Below are positions 63,198-64,000 of a DNA stretch of 64,000 bases, piece after piece. The DNA lies in NCBI GenBank assembly GCA_965205865.1, contig CBDBHR010000026.1, positions 1 to 64,000 of the forward strand, given 5' to 3'. The DNA is from a bacterium. GTDB lineage: Bacteria > SAR324 > NAC60-12. The notes under the pieces were generated by a model. The model was given only the letters and a program-made list of their open reading frames with translations, did not search any database and was not told where the DNA came from. A program made the position numbers and the translations under genes. How positions within the stretch are numbered: the first letter of the stretch is position 1; every line of letters starts with the position of its first letter.

Positions 63198-64000
63198 ATG
63201 AAAAATCAAAACATCCATGCAGTCCCTATTCTGGATCTCAAAGAGCAATTGAACGCATTGAGGAATGAAATCCTCAATGCCGTCACTGAAGTGATAGACT
63301 CCACCCAATACATCATGGGATCCAAAATCGAAGTTCTGGAACAAGCCATTGCGGATTACACCGGTACGTCTTATGGCGTGGGGGTTTCGTCCGGAACAGA
63401 CGCGCTTTTGTTGTCCCTGATGGCCTTGAACGTGGGCCCCGGGGACAGAGTGATCACCAGCGATTTTTCTTTTATTGCGACGGCTGCCGTCATAAGCCGA
63501 CAGTATGCCATACCTCTTTTTGTCGACATCGATCCGTTTACCTTCAATATCTGTCCTGACAAATTGCAACAACTATTGTGGCAGATGACGAACAGAGAAC
63601 GTAATAAGGTCAAGGCGATCATCCCCGTGCATTTGTATGGTCAATGTGCGGAAATGGAGTCGCTTTTTGCAGTGGCAAACGAGTATCAAATTCCACTGAT
63701 CGAAGATGCGGGTCAAGCTATTGGGGCTGAATACGTACTCTCGGGAGAAGTCAAACGCGCTGGTGCCATGGGGCGTATGGGATGTTTTTCGTTTTTCCCC
63801 AGCAAAAATTTAGGTGGGATTGGTGATGCGGGAATGGTCGTGACCAATGATGAGCAGTTGGCTCTGCTGCTCAAACAGAAGCGAGTCCATGGCGAGAGTT
63901 CACAATATCACCATAATGCCGTTGGTGGTAATTTCCGAATGGACCCAATTCAAGCTGCCGTTCTCTCCGTCAAGTTACCCTTTTTAGATCAATGGCACCA
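63198..64000 (+). CDS. DegT/DnrJ/EryC1/StrS aminotransferase (runs off window)
   Basis: Not in ORF track; VSSGTDAL, PVHLYGQ, IEDAGQA, SFFPSKNLG (PLP Lys). Confidence 0.93.
   Translation, partial: MKNQNIHAVPILDLKEQLNALRNEILNAVTEVIDSTQYIMGSKIEVLEQAIADYTGTSYGVGVSSGTDALLLSLMALNVGPGDRVITSDFSFIATAAVISRQYAIPLFVDIDPFTFNICPDKLQQLLWQMTNRERNKVKAIIPVHLYGQCAEMESLFAVANEYQIPLIEDAGQAIGAEYVLSGEVKRAGAMGRMGCFSFFPSKNLGGIGDAGMVVTNDEQLALLLKQKRVHGESSQYHHNAVGGNFRMDPIQAAVLSVKLPFLDQWH

Overview
Bacterial chromosomal window. Gene content suggests a deltaproteobacterial-grade organism such as SAR324, but this is a guess. About 1-20 kb is mostly housekeeping: IHF/HU, HNH, polyprenyl synthase, an active plus catalytically dead Deg-type protease pair, uppP, a long RelA/SpoT homologue with a degenerate synthetase, recJ, rsmI, CIRCE-controlled clpB, dacB and acs. 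About 20-33 kb is an accessory patchwork. It holds a tandemly duplicated coiled-coil membrane protein gene with variable repeat number, fused toxin-antitoxin remnants, and a blaI - (BlaR1/M56 peptidase::family-5 solute-binding protein fusion) - dppB - dppC-like operon. That operon looks like a ligand-sensing protease wired directly to an ABC importer and is the best candidate for an undescribed system. The region also has alkA, moaB and a UGA-containing ArsC-like selenoprotein missed by the ORF track. About 33-42 kb is gmhB-like plus recC-recB-recD (recD frameshifted). About 42-62 kb is a type I RM locus (hsdM...hsdS...hsdR) inflated by defence cargo: TIR, vsr, C5-MTase plus an IS630-disrupted GHKL/PD-(D/E)XK endonuclease, a HEPN-like protein, and decayed ATPase/ImmA/PIN genes. 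Short relic hsdM/hsdS termini mark the cargo junctions, and the HsdS has two nearly identical TRDs. The window ends with a CPBP protease and a partial DegT aminotransferase. All family calls come from motif recognition by eye; no searches were run.
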